Positions 1 through 9,737 of a DNA stretch of 64,000 nt are shown in pieces. The DNA comes from an uncultured virus (IMG/VR IMGVR_UViG_3300026201_000006) (taxonomy: Duplodnaviria; Heunggongvirae; Uroviricota; Caudoviricetes). Location of the stretch: positions 1 through 64,000 of the IMG/VR virus record IMGVR_UViG_3300026201_000006, one strand, 5' to 3'. Under the pieces are notes generated by a model. The model was not told the origin of the DNA. It worked only from the letters and a program-made list of their open reading frames with translations, and searched no databases. A program made the position numbers and the translations under genes. How positions within the stretch are numbered: the first letter of the stretch is position 1; each line of letters starts with the position of its first letter.

Positions 1-450
1 TTATTGTATGAAAAGATAGACGGTAAAGAAATGAAGACACACAAACAAATTGTTGATTATTTAAATGAATATAATAAATCAGCAGGACATAGAAAGTTTA
101 ATTTTCAATATGCAGCATTCTCTATGGACTGTTCAGATTATTTTCCTACAGCAGTAGATCCAGATTCACACACTTACTTAGGTAACAACGCTGTTCGTTG
201 TATGCAGAAGCTATCATCAGGATATAAGCCAGATGAGTTTATGGATATATTAAGAGAACGTACAGGCGGTAGACCAAAAGATCTTGAAGATGTTATGTGT
301 GACTTTGTAAGATTTGGTCAGAATTATGTACCAAGAGGTAACGGCACATTTGACCATATTCCTAGTACTATAACTAATAACAGCGGATGGGTATCTGGTT
401 GGAAGCAAAGACAAGGTACACCACCAAATACTAATACACTACCAATATAA
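1..450 (+). CDS. Partial (5'-truncated) aGPT-Pplase2-like amino acid:DNA transferase (thymine hypermodification)
   Basis: Frame is open from base 1. C-terminal DLEDVMCDFVRF matches the ExxxCD motif of the family, and a PLP enzyme follows. Confidence 0.6.
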   Translation, partial: LLYEKIDGKEMKTHKQIVDYLNEYNKSAGHRKFNFQYAAFSMDCSDYFPTAVDPDSHTYLGNNAVRCMQKLSSGYKPDEFMDILRERTGGRPKDLEDVMCDFVRFGQNYVPRGNGTFDHIPSTITNNSGWVSGWKQRQGTPPNTNTLPI

Positions 451-1334
451 TGCCACACAATAAACATGTAGAAGACGGATTCAATATCGATATCGGTATG
501 ATGCAACCTGAGGAAGCAAAGGAATATTACTTAGATCTTGCACAGTTTTGGACTGATCCTAATCCAGCTCCACGTATTGTTGAGCATGAAGGTATTCGAG
601 TTGTAAGAGATGATGATTTAGTTGGATCGAAGGTCCGAGGTGGAGATTGTCTTATTAGTTCTCTTCCACGTCATATTGACACTATAGTTTATGTTCAGCC
701 AAGAACTGGTTTGGCAGGTGTAAGTATATTAGATGTAGCAAAGAGACATAATAAATCTGTAAGATTATTTATGCCATCATCTAAAAAGATCTCACATCAC
801 CAAGCTTGTTGTATAGAGCAAGGTGCAGAGGTTAGCTTTCATAGAATTGCTGCCATGCCTAATCTAAATAAGATAGCAAAGGAATGGGCAGATCAGAGAG
901 AGAATGCATTTTTTGTACCATTAGGATTAAAGCATAGAATGGTTACAGCAGGAATTGTAAAGGTTGCAAGTCAAATAAAAGAACCTGAGCAAGTATGGGT
1001 TGCTACATCAACTGGTGTATTGACTCGTGGATTACAGATAGCTTGGCCAAATGCAGAGTTTGTTTCTGTGGCTGTAAGTAGAAATATGAAGGCTGGTGAA
1101 TTAGGTAGAGCAAAGGTTATATCTGAGCCACGTGCTTTCACGGCTCATGAGAGTAAAGAGAACTTACCACCATTTCCAAACATAGATACTTACGATGGTA
1201 AGGTATGGAAATATATTCCTAAGAATTCTGATAAAGATATATTATTTTGGAATGTAGGTAAAGAACCAGTATTACAAGATGAAACACTATATGAAACAAC
1301 TGATAGCTATAGAAAATGGGATAAAGATTTATGA
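450..1334 (+). CDS. PLP-dependent fold type II enzyme (TrpB/ACC deaminase-like), probably DNA-modification associated
   Basis: VRDDDLVGSKVRG (PLP lysine) and ATSTGVLTRG (phosphate loop). Confidence 0.75.
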   Translation: MPHNKHVEDGFNIDIGMMQPEEAKEYYLDLAQFWTDPNPAPRIVEHEGIRVVRDDDLVGSKVRGGDCLISSLPRHIDTIVYVQPRTGLAGVSILDVAKRHNKSVRLFMPSSKKISHHQACCIEQGAEVSFHRIAAMPNLNKIAKEWADQRENAFFVPLGLKHRMVTAGIVKVASQIKEPEQVWVATSTGVLTRGLQIAWPNAEFVSVAVSRNMKAGELGRAKVISEPRAFTAHESKENLPPFPNIDTYDGKVWKYIPKNSDKDILFWNVGKEPVLQDETLYETTDSYRKWDKDL

Positions 1335-2263
1335 TTACAGGAACATTTAATAAGATACCGAAGAAAAAGAATAGCCATGGATATGGCTGGGCTCGTACAT
1401 GGGCAGAGAATCTAAATGTAGGTATTAACCACGAAGGTAACCCAGCTGAAGTAATTTATGTAGATCATGGAGTAAACTTTGGTGGTGGTCTTAATCTATT
1501 CGGTGGATTTAATGAAGAACTTAAACAACGTATAGATAATTTCTTAGCAGCTGATGAAGTTTATTCACTTGACATGGATATGCCAGAGTATGGTAATATG
1601 CTAGCCAAGAGAAAAGATGTTGAGGATAAAGAATGGTGTAGACGTGTTCAAGCTAAATGTTGGTCTGCAAAAACATTATTATCCACAGATCTTGACACTA
1701 CTTGGTTGACAATTGGTGATTCTCATACAGCAGCATTTGCCCCACCAGGAAGCATGGTGATTAAAACAGATGGTCTTACACTTAATGGTCAACTTAGATC
1801 TAATTTTCAATATATAAAAGACCATATATGGAAATGCAATAATCTAAAAGGTATCACAATGTCATTTGGTAATATTGATATAAGACATCATCTTTGCAGA
1901 TTAAATATAGATCCAAGAGATATGTGGATAGACTGGTTTAGATTTGGAGATAGCTTACCTTTTGAGGTAGAGTATTCAACTCCATGGCCGATAGAATTTG
2001 AAGGAAGAAGATTACCAAAGACTGGTTATTATAAAGGTAAACCATTTTGGGGTAGTCGTGAAGATAGAGTTATTCAGTTAGAACGTGTAATTGAAACATT
2101 TGAAAAAACTGATACACCTAGGGTCGCATATCCAGAAGAATGGTTAACCATGGATCCAGAAGTATTTGCAAAAGAAAAGATGGAAAATATGTCATCAGTT
2201 CATATATCACCAGAAGTATATAGGCGAAAAGATTTCGGTCAAGAGTATGTACTTCCAATATAA
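1331..2263 (+). CDS. SGNH/GDSL hydrolase-like protein
   Basis: Blocks IGDSHT, FGNIDIRHH and SSVHIS. Confidence 0.5.
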   Translation: MITGTFNKIPKKKNSHGYGWARTWAENLNVGINHEGNPAEVIYVDHGVNFGGGLNLFGGFNEELKQRIDNFLAADEVYSLDMDMPEYGNMLAKRKDVEDKEWCRRVQAKCWSAKTLLSTDLDTTWLTIGDSHTAAFAPPGSMVIKTDGLTLNGQLRSNFQYIKDHIWKCNNLKGITMSFGNIDIRHHLCRLNIDPRDMWIDWFRFGDSLPFEVEYSTPWPIEFEGRRLPKTGYYKGKPFWGSREDRVIQLERVIETFEKTDTPRVAYPEEWLTMDPEVFAKEKMENMSSVHISPEVYRRKDFGQEYVLPI

Positions 2264-2275
2264 CTGTGATATAAT
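2245..2275 (+). promoter_or_regulatory. Sigma70-type phage promoter, GTATGTAC..TGnTATAAT class
   Basis: Motif recurs six times; this copy precedes uvsX. Confidence 0.75.
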
Positions 2276-2304
2276 ATACCTATCAAATTAACAAAGGAGT
2301 ATAA

Positions 2305-3366
2305 ATGGGAATAATGGATAAATTACAGAAGAACTCTCGTATCAAAGAGTCTTCTCAACTTGACAAAAGTAAATTGTTTAGTAATAAGGATATGGTGACT
2401 ACACCTGTTCCTATGATTAATGTTGCGTTATCAGGTGACCCAGACGGAGGTCTGAGTTCTGGACTAACAGTACTGGCAGGACCAAGTAAGCATTTCAAAA
2501 CTAGTTTTGGACTACTCATGGCTGCAGCATACTTAGATAAGTATGAAGATGCTGTTTTGTTATTCTATGATTCAGAGTTTGGTAGCCCGCAACAATATTT
2601 TAAGTCGTTCGGTATTGATACTTCCCGCGTACTACATAGTCCCATTACTAATGTAGAAGAGCTGAAGTTTGACCTAATTTCTCAGCTCGAGAATATCGAA
2701 CGCGATGACAAAGTCATTATTATGATTGACTCTGTCGGCAACCTAGCTTCGAAAAAGGAGCTTGAAGATGCTATGAATGAAAAGTCAGTAGCAGATATGT
2801 CGAGAGCGAAAGCCCTCAAAGGTCTATTTAGAATGACAACACCCTACCTAACAATGAGAGACATCCCATTGATAGCAGTCAACCACACATATCAAGAAAT
2901 AGGCTTATTTCCGAAGGCGGTCGTATCAGGTGGTACAGGTATTTACTACTCCTCAGATAATATCTGGATCATTGGCCGCCAGCAGGAAAAGAAAGGAACA
3001 GAAATTACAGGATATAACTTTGTCATTAATGTAGAAAAGTCAAGGTTTGTCCGTGAGAAGTCTAAGATCCCTATTTCAGTTACATGGGAAGGTGGTATTG
3101 AATCTTATTCAGGCTTATTAGATGTAGCAATAGAAGGTGGATATGTAGTTAAACCATCTAATGGTTGGTACTCAAAGGTTGACAGATCTACTGGCGAAGT
3201 AGAAGATAAAAAGGTTCGTATTGCTGAAACACTTAAAGAATCTTTTTGGACAGCTATTTTTGCAAAGACAGATTTTAAAGATTATCTTAAACGTAAGTAT
3301 GAAGTCGGTCATGCCGATATGATTAAAACGTCACACCTAGAAGAAGGGTGGGATGATGCAGATTGA
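2305..3366 (+). CDS. uvsX: UvsX RecA-like recombinase
   Basis: GPSKHFKT Walker A, YDSEFG, GGTGIYYS; AAGGAG RBS. Confidence 0.97.
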   Translation: MGIMDKLQKNSRIKESSQLDKSKLFSNKDMVTTPVPMINVALSGDPDGGLSSGLTVLAGPSKHFKTSFGLLMAAAYLDKYEDAVLLFYDSEFGSPQQYFKSFGIDTSRVLHSPITNVEELKFDLISQLENIERDDKVIIMIDSVGNLASKKELEDAMNEKSVADMSRAKALKGLFRMTTPYLTMRDIPLIAVNHTYQEIGLFPKAVVSGGTGIYYSSDNIWIIGRQQEKKGTEITGYNFVINVEKSRFVREKSKIPISVTWEGGIESYSGLLDVAIEGGYVVKPSNGWYSKVDRSTGEVEDKKVRIAETLKESFWTAIFAKTDFKDYLKRKYEVGHADMIKTSHLEEGWDDAD

Positions 3367-4705
3367 AACATTAATTCTTCGTAACTTAATGTTGAATGAG
3401 GATTATACCAGAACGGTTATTCCTCATTTAAAAACTGTATACTTTGAAGATCCATACAGATCTGTATTCAATGAGATTGTTACATTCGTTAATAAGTTTA
3501 ATAAACTACCATCAGCTGATGCACTATCGATTGAATTAAAAAATAATCCAAGGATCACTGATGAATCACTTGCACTTATACCTGAAATTAGTAAGCTAGA
3601 ATCTGAAGGAACTCAAGAATGGTTAGTTGAAAAGACAGAGAAATGGTGTCAAGACCGAGCAATCTATTTAGCAATTATGGATTCAATTAATATTATTGAA
3701 GGTAAACATGATACATTAGATAAGAATGCATTACCATCTGTATTGAGTGAAGCATTAGGTGTAAACTTTGATATGAGAGTTGGTCACGATTATGTTGATG
3801 ACTCTGATAATCGTTTTGATTTCTATCATAGGCAAGAGGAACACTTACCATTTGACTTAGAAAAGTTTAACACAATCACCAAAGGTGGTCTCGTCAAGAA
3901 ATCTCTTAATGTTGCTTTGGCTGGTACAGGTGTAGGTAAGTCTTTATTCATGTGTCATGTTGCAGCTGGTGCCCTAACACAAATGAAAAATGTGTTATAT
4001 ATAACTATGGAGATGGCAGAAGAAAGGATAGCAGAACGTATAGATGCTAACCTTATGAATGTGCCTATTGACCAGTTAGAGAATCTAAGTAAGGATATGT
4101 TTGATAAGAAGATGCATAAGCTTACTGACAAAGGTATTGGTAAACTTATTGTGAAAGAGTATCCTACAGGAGCTGCAAGTTCTATTCACTTTAGGGCATT
4201 ACTAAAAGAATTAAAGATCAAACGTGACTTCACGCCTGATCTTATTTGTATAGACTATCTAAATATATGTGCCTCATCAAGAATGAAATCTATGGGTGGT
4301 GCAATCAATTCATATATTATGGTCAAAGCAATTGCAGAAGAATTGCGTGGCTTAGCAGTAGAGTATAACTTACCTATTGTTACGGCCACACAAACTACTC
4401 GTTCAGGCTATGCATCATCTGATGTTGGCTTAGAAGATACAAGTGAATCATTTGGTTTACCTGCTACGGCAGATCTTATGTTTGCACTTATATCTACAGA
4501 AGAGTTAGAGAATCTTAACCAAATAATGGTTAAACAATTAAAGAATAGGTATAATGATCCTACAGGTGGAAACAAGAAGTTTGTACTTGGAATTGACAGA
4601 GCCAAGATGAGACTATACGATGTAGAAGATACAGCACAAACTCTAAATGTAAGGGATGAGCCACCTAAAAGAGTAAATCAATTTGAGGATTTTAATTATG
4701 AGTAA
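3353..4705 (+). CDS. 41: Replicative DNA helicase gp41
   Basis: AGTGVGKS, ITMEMAEE, IDYLNI, SESFGLPATAD, QLKNRY. Confidence 0.97.
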   Translation: MMQIETLILRNLMLNEDYTRTVIPHLKTVYFEDPYRSVFNEIVTFVNKFNKLPSADALSIELKNNPRITDESLALIPEISKLESEGTQEWLVEKTEKWCQDRAIYLAIMDSINIIEGKHDTLDKNALPSVLSEALGVNFDMRVGHDYVDDSDNRFDFYHRQEEHLPFDLEKFNTITKGGLVKKSLNVALAGTGVGKSLFMCHVAAGALTQMKNVLYITMEMAEERIAERIDANLMNVPIDQLENLSKDMFDKKMHKLTDKGIGKLIVKEYPTGAASSIHFRALLKELKIKRDFTPDLICIDYLNICASSRMKSMGGAINSYIMVKAIAEELRGLAVEYNLPIVTATQTTRSGYASSDVGLEDTSESFGLPATADLMFALISTEELENLNQIMVKQLKNRYNDPTGGNKKFVLGIDRAKMRLYDVEDTAQTLNVRDEPPKRVNQFEDFNYE

Positions 4706-5180
4706 TTATCAAAATGTAAATTCTATTTCACCACAAAAATGGGGAAATAGATATACAAAATTAGCAAAGGAAATATCTACATGGTCTAAAGACCCAAGTA
4801 CTCAAGTTGGTGCAGTAGTTATTGGTAGAGATGGTCAAGTATTATCACAAGGATATAATGGATTTCCGAGAAGAGTACGTGATACAGAAGAAAGATGGGT
4901 TAATAAAGAAAAAAAGTATGAATTAGTTGTTCATGCAGAGATGAATGCTATATATAATGCTAGCCTTTCTGGTGTATCTTTAAATGGAGCAACATTATAT
5001 GTATATGGTTTACCCATTTGTAATGAATGCGCTAAAGGCATTATTCAATGCGGAATTAAAAAGGTTGTTGCTACGAGACCTAAGATATATAATTCTGATT
5101 GGGATAAATCAACAAAGGCTGCTGAAGCTTTATTTAGAGAAGCTGAAGTAATGTATTTAATTGACGTGGAGGAAGAATGA
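4698..5180 (+). CDS. cd: dCMP deaminase
   Basis: SKDPSTQVGA, GYNG, HAEMNA, PICNEC. Start placed at MSNYQ after GAGG. Confidence 0.93.
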   Translation: MSNYQNVNSISPQKWGNRYTKLAKEISTWSKDPSTQVGAVVIGRDGQVLSQGYNGFPRRVRDTEERWVNKEKKYELVVHAEMNAIYNASLSGVSLNGATLYVYGLPICNECAKGIIQCGIKKVVATRPKIYNSDWDKSTKAAEALFREAEVMYLIDVEEE

Positions 5181-5311
5181 GCAAGACAGCAATACCGCAT
5201 GTAAAAGTGCGTAGGGATGCAAATAAAAACAGAGTTTCAAAGAAACATATGAGTCATGGCACATTCAGATGTAAACGTCATCCAAACAGTAAGAGGTGTC
5301 AAAATGCTTAA
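5177..5311 (+). CDS. Small basic hypothetical protein (44 aa)
   Basis: ATGA overlap with the cd stop and GGAGG RBS; translation MSKTAIPHVK...KRCQNA. Confidence 0.55.
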   Translation: MSKTAIPHVKVRRDANKNRVSKKHMSHGTFRCKRHPNSKRCQNA

Positions 5312-5588
5312 AACGTTATTTAATCAAGGCTATTCGAAGAAGTTCATGGATCGAATAGAATTTAGAAGAAAAGAATACTACGAGAAGCGTAGAATTCAAA
5401 CTATCCGTGACAATGCTATGAAAATGGCACATAATTGGAAACATGAATATCCTACGGGAACCCCATTAGAGTATATTCGTGATGATATTATTGAATGCTG
5501 GGAAAGAAATTCAAGAGTTGGTATCTATCAAAACTTAGATAAAAAACAAACTATCCCATACAAAGTTGAAGGAAAACATGAAAAATAA
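5304..5588 (+). CDS. Hypothetical protein
   Basis: Start MLKTLF after GAGGT; operonic packing. Confidence 0.6.
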   Translation: MLKTLFNQGYSKKFMDRIEFRRKEYYEKRRIQTIRDNAMKMAHNWKHEYPTGTPLEYIRDDIIECWERNSRVGIYQNLDKKQTIPYKVEGKHEK

Positions 5589-6009
5589 AATAATAATAAT
5601 TTGGATAAGTTTAATAGTCGGTGTACTTTTTGCTACAACTGCTTTTGCAGATAGACCAAATATAAAAGATCATTATCATGAGGTTGTATATTTAGAACCA
5701 TATACGGTTGAAGTATGTGAGCAACAAAGAGTAACTAACCAAGATGACTTAATTAATAATGCATTTTGGGGAGCAATCTTTGGTGCAGTTGTTGGTGATG
5801 TAATTGATGAAGACAATGGTAAAGTTCCTGGTGCAGTAATCGGTGCAGCTATTGGTGCAAATGAGGCTGAGAAGAATAGCACTACGACAGCAATGGTATG
5901 TAAGACTGAGACACGTAAGAAGTCTACTACTGTGAATGAATACTCACACTCAGTTATTAGATTTGAGTATGAAGGTAACTTGTACGAACTTGACTTTATT
6001 AAGAGATAA
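5578..6009 (+). CDS. Secreted/membrane glycine-zipper protein
   Basis: Signal peptide (TAFA|D) and GAIFGAVVG...GAVIGAAIG. Confidence 0.75.
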   Translation: MKNKIIIIWISLIVGVLFATTAFADRPNIKDHYHEVVYLEPYTVEVCEQQRVTNQDDLINNAFWGAIFGAVVGDVIDEDNGKVPGAVIGAAIGANEAEKNSTTTAMVCKTETRKKSTTVNEYSHSVIRFEYEGNLYELDFIKR

Positions 6010-6317
6010 TGACTAAAAGAAGAGACGGTACAGAAATACCATTTAATCGATGGTCATTTGTAGACCAACATGGTAGAGACGATGACCATTGGTATATACG
6101 ATTAGAAGGTGGAAAATTCCATGGTGTTATATATCGCTACATGGAAATTAAATTAAACGAGACAACACAGTCGATAAACTTTGATTATGAAATAGTTGAT
6201 TATCCGGGTGATGATCCACATGGTGAGAAAGAGTTTAACGAAGCGGCTGGCGATATTCTCAAAAGTATATTAGATGATGCGATGGCAAAGCAAGACTATG
6301 TACTCGGTAAAAAGTAA
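6009..6317 (+). CDS. Conserved T4-like hypothetical protein
   Basis: Coupled ORF; WYIRLEGGKFHGVIYRY. Confidence 0.65.
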   Translation: MTKRRDGTEIPFNRWSFVDQHGRDDDHWYIRLEGGKFHGVIYRYMEIKLNETTQSINFDYEIVDYPGDDPHGEKEFNEAAGDILKSILDDAMAKQDYVLGKK

Positions 6318-6589
6318 TGAACGTAAAAGAAACACTGACCATTCTCTCAGAAGAATGTGCAGAAGTAATACAAGCTAACTCAAAATTAATTAGATTTGGC
6401 CCATATGATGAAGATAATGTGGCTGAATTAGAACAGGAACTCGGTGATATAATGGCCATGATACTCGTACTTGATTATTATGGCTATGTTTCAACAGAAA
6501 ATATCACGAAGAATGTAGAACCAAAGTTAAAAAAACTTAAGAAGTACAGCAAAATTAAGAATTTAAATAAAATTATAAAGAATTTGTAA
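6317..6589 (+). CDS. MazG-like NTP pyrophosphohydrolase
   Basis: EECAEVIQ...ELGD. Confidence 0.75.
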   Translation: MNVKETLTILSEECAEVIQANSKLIRFGPYDEDNVAELEQELGDIMAMILVLDYYGYVSTENITKNVEPKLKKLKKYSKIKNLNKIIKNL

Positions 6590-6593
6590 TTAT

Positions 6594-6601
6594 TATAAAT
6601 A
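6594..6601 (+). promoter_or_regulatory. T4-type late promoter
   Basis: Intergenic TATAAATA. Confidence 0.85.
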
Positions 6602-6631
6602 CCTTTATATCGAATTTATATAAGGGTTTTA

Positions 6632-7288
6632 ATGCAGTCACTTAAAGGTTATCTATCAGAGGGAAGAAATGATCCCTCAATATTCCACGCAATATTTATG
6701 GCTGGCTCTCCAGGAGCAGGTAAGACTAAAGTTTCAGAACTGTTAGTATTAAATACTTTAGGCTATAAAGAAATTAATTCAGATACTCAATTTGAAAAGT
6801 ATATGAAAGATGCTTTTTTAGATTTAGAATTCAATAAAAAACAAGAATTTCAAAGAAATGTAACAAGAGCTGTTGCAAAAAGACATGTTGCTTCTAAACA
6901 AAGACATGCTGAGATTGGCAGATTAGGCCTTCTTATTGATGGAACTGCTAAAAACGTTGGTAAAATTGGAACTCAAAAGAAAGAGCTAGAAGCAAAGGGT
7001 TATGAAGTTGCTATGATATATGTTTCAACAGATGTATATTCTGCAATTGCAGCTGATAAACAAAGAACAAGAAGTCTTGGTGCCGATATGGTAACGTCAA
7101 TGCATAAAAGTGTTACAAAAAATAAAGATAGATACAAAAAAATGTTTGGTAAATTGTTTTTCGAAGTAGATAATTCAAACTGGGAAAAGACGCCGTCTAT
7201 TACACGTCCATTATATGGTAAAATAGCTAAATGGTCTAAGACTATGCCAAAGAATAAAATTGCACAAGAATGGTTAAAGAATAACTAA
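6632..7288 (+). CDS. P-loop kinase (Pnk/zeta-toxin-like) with CTS-like N-terminus
   Basis: GSPGAGKT and IDGT; N-terminus MQSLKGYLSE. Confidence 0.75.
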   Translation: MQSLKGYLSEGRNDPSIFHAIFMAGSPGAGKTKVSELLVLNTLGYKEINSDTQFEKYMKDAFLDLEFNKKQEFQRNVTRAVAKRHVASKQRHAEIGRLGLLIDGTAKNVGKIGTQKKELEAKGYEVAMIYVSTDVYSAIAADKQRTRSLGADMVTSMHKSVTKNKDRYKKMFGKLFFEVDNSNWEKTPSITRPLYGKIAKWSKTMPKNKIAQEWLKNN

Positions 7289-7527
7289 TGAAAACACTAA
7301 AACAGATTTTAGAAGGTCCAGGCAGTAAAAGTGAACCATGGGAAGATGGTTATAAGAGAAGAGTCGTAAAGACCACAAAGCCTGAGCATAAAGAAAAAGG
7401 ATATAATTGGAGAATTAAAGGTAAAGACCGTAATGAGATCTCCATTAAACTATACAAGTCTAAGCCAGATTTTGCTGAGTTTAAAAAGCAAATGAAGAGA
7501 GTGGCAGGACACGAGTTCGGAGGATAA
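7288..7527 (+). CDS. Small basic protein, putative internal head protein
   Basis: N-terminus MKTLKQILE. Confidence 0.6.
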   Translation: MKTLKQILEGPGSKSEPWEDGYKRRVVKTTKPEHKEKGYNWRIKGKDRNEISIKLYKSKPDFAEFKKQMKRVAGHEFGG

Positions 7528-7872
7528 ATGAAAACATATAAACAAGTAGAAGCAATAGATCACATATGTGAGCAACAATACCAAGATGAGGTAATAAGCG
7601 AAGCAGAGTATCAAGGTAAAACCGTTTCATTAAATAACCCTCAACGATCACCTAAAGGTTCCGCATCTAAGTTTCACGTATATGTAAAGAACAGTAAAGG
7701 TAATGTTGTAAAGGTTAACTTCGGTGATCCTAATATGGAAATTAAAAGAGATGATCCTGCAAGACGTAAAGCATTTCGTGCAAGACATAATTGTGATCAG
7801 AAAAAAGATAAAACTAAAGCGGGATATTGGTCATGTTATCAATGGAGAGCTGGAGCAAAGGTAGATAATTAA
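7528..7872 (+). CDS. Conserved basic phage protein, putative internal head protein
   Basis: N-terminus MKTYKQVE; VNFGD...RKAFRARHNC...YWSC. Confidence 0.65.
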   Translation: MKTYKQVEAIDHICEQQYQDEVISEAEYQGKTVSLNNPQRSPKGSASKFHVYVKNSKGNVVKVNFGDPNMEIKRDDPARRKAFRARHNCDQKKDKTKAGYWSCYQWRAGAKVDN

Positions 7873-9737
7873 TGCTTTCATTTAAAAACAAACAACTAGA
7901 AGAAAAAGCCCCTCCTGGCATGAAAGCCCTAGTAAAGGGATTTAAAGCCGATGGTATGGATGATGATAAGGCATTTGCTCTTGCTTGGTCTATATACAAT
8001 AAGAAGAAAAACGAAGAGAAAACTCCAGCACCACAAGAAGATGATTCAGGTTGGGTAGAAGAGTATATACAAGAAGCATATACTATTGCTTATACGAAGC
8101 CAGCAGATATTAAACATATAGGATACTCTGATGAGCAACTAGCTGATATAGCTGATCTATATAAACAATTAAAAAATAAGCATGATACTCCTTTAATCTT
8201 TGATACTGGTAAAAACAAAGTAGTAAAGGTTCACACAGACTTGCAAGGATCAGTTGATATAGATGGTAGAGCAACTACATACAAGTTTGGCAAAGGATCT
8301 GTTGGTAAAGGAAAAGCTGTTGACTTACAAGATTTTGGTATTGCTACTGCCACTGACTTCTTAGAATTTTTTCAGTGTGTTGGCTTATTCATAGGAGTAC
8401 CTTTAGACGAGAGTAACTTTAAGAAATCATTAGAGCAATTATTTGTTGGCGGTGATTTTAAAATAAGAGATTACATTAAAGACTGGAAAAAGTTTGTTGC
8501 GTATGTTGATGCAGATAAATCATTAGGTAAAGATGTAATCATGTTAGTGAATGGTTCATATTACTACAGAAAAAAAGAAATTGGATTCACTAAACCATAT
8601 GTAATTTGGACTGGTATTACAGAGTACTATGCTGCTTTAAAAAATAAAGAAGGTATTGAAGGTAGTGTAAAACCAAATACAGCGGACTGTGTTCTTATTA
8701 ACGGTACACCCAATGAATTATATGCTGCATTAAAAAGTAAAAAACCAATTATAACAGATGATGATACTGGTCTAATAAAATGTGATGGTGTTGAATGGTA
8801 TCAAATATCTTTAAAGAAAGCTGATGGACAAGCAAAGCTTGGTAAAATCACAACGCTTATGAAAGGTAAGTATCAACCCGATGTAGATAATATGGATCTT
8901 GCAAAGGTGCGTGACCAATTTCCTGAACTTGCTGAACAATATTTGCAAGAAGGATTCTTTGGTGATACTATAGATAAGATAAGAGATTATGGTAAAGATG
9001 CAGTAAAAAGATTTCAACAAGCAGCAAAAAATGTTCTTAATTTCGGTAAACAATTATTTAAAAAGATATCTATGCTAGGAAAGAAATATGAAAAGAGTAC
9101 TGAAAAAGAACTTGAGCGTCTTACAAAGCGTAGTAAATATCTAACAGAGATGAGTCAAGGCGCAATGCTTAATGCTATTGTAAAAGATAAGAGATTAAAT
9201 TCATCATACGCAAAAACAATTGAGAACTACCGTAAGAAAATCGATACAAAGAGTAATGATGTTGTAGAGATACGTGTAGAGAAACAGAATAATTTACAAA
9301 TTAATGAGACAACAGTAAACTTCTTAGTAGGTAATGTTATATCATTTCAGCTTGTAAACGATATTATTAAAGATGTAAAGAAGAATGGCATTAATGTTAT
9401 TAATGATTTAAATCAAAGTATGGCTATGGGTGACACAAACCTTCCAGTTGTAAAGGTCTTTGGTAATCCTAATAAAGCAGATTATAAAGTTATTACAGTT
9501 GGTACAATTAAACAGGCTGCACCAAAGAGAGATGGTAAGCCGATTAGTGTTTTAAAAGTTGCTGTTCTGCCATTTAAACAATACTATGTAGTAAACATGT
9601 GGATCTTTGCAGAGACTGTTGATGATGTAGCTAAATACCATAAGATAGCATTTAAAAAGAGTGGAGCAAGTTCATTCAATTATAATATTGAAGGTACTGG
9701 AACTGTTCCAGAAAATAAAATAACGGAATTTCAATGA
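7872..9737 (+). CDS. Large putative internal head protein, possible PD-(D/E)XK-like domain
   Basis: N-terminus MLSFKNKQLEE; internal YIQE/YLQE/YLTE; TADCV...QISLK. Confidence 0.55.
   Translation: MLSFKNKQLEEKAPPGMKALVKGFKADGMDDDKAFALAWSIYNKKKNEEKTPAPQEDDSGWVEEYIQEAYTIAYTKPADIKHIGYSDEQLADIADLYKQLKNKHDTPLIFDTGKNKVVKVHTDLQGSVDIDGRATTYKFGKGSVGKGKAVDLQDFGIATATDFLEFFQCVGLFIGVPLDESNFKKSLEQLFVGGDFKIRDYIKDWKKFVAYVDADKSLGKDVIMLVNGSYYYRKKEIGFTKPYVIWTGITEYYAALKNKEGIEGSVKPNTADCVLINGTPNELYAALKSKKPIITDDDTGLIKCDGVEWYQISLKKADGQAKLGKITTLMKGKYQPDVDNMDLAKVRDQFPELAEQYLQEGFFGDTIDKIRDYGKDAVKRFQQAAKNVLNFGKQLFKKISMLGKKYEKSTEKELERLTKRSKYLTEMSQGAMLNAIVKDKRLNSSYAKTIENYRKKIDTKSNDVVEIRVEKQNNLQINETTVNFLVGNVISFQLVNDIIKDVKKNGINVINDLNQSMAMGDTNLPVVKVFGNPNKADYKVITVGTIKQAAPKRDGKPISVLKVAVLPFKQYYVVNMWIFAETVDDVAKYHKIAFKKSGASSFNYNIEGTGTVPENKITEFQ

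Noticed and set aside
5256..5303. Upstream start for the 110-aa ORF
   Set aside because: It overlaps a coupled 44-aa ORF, and ATG 5304 has the better RBS.
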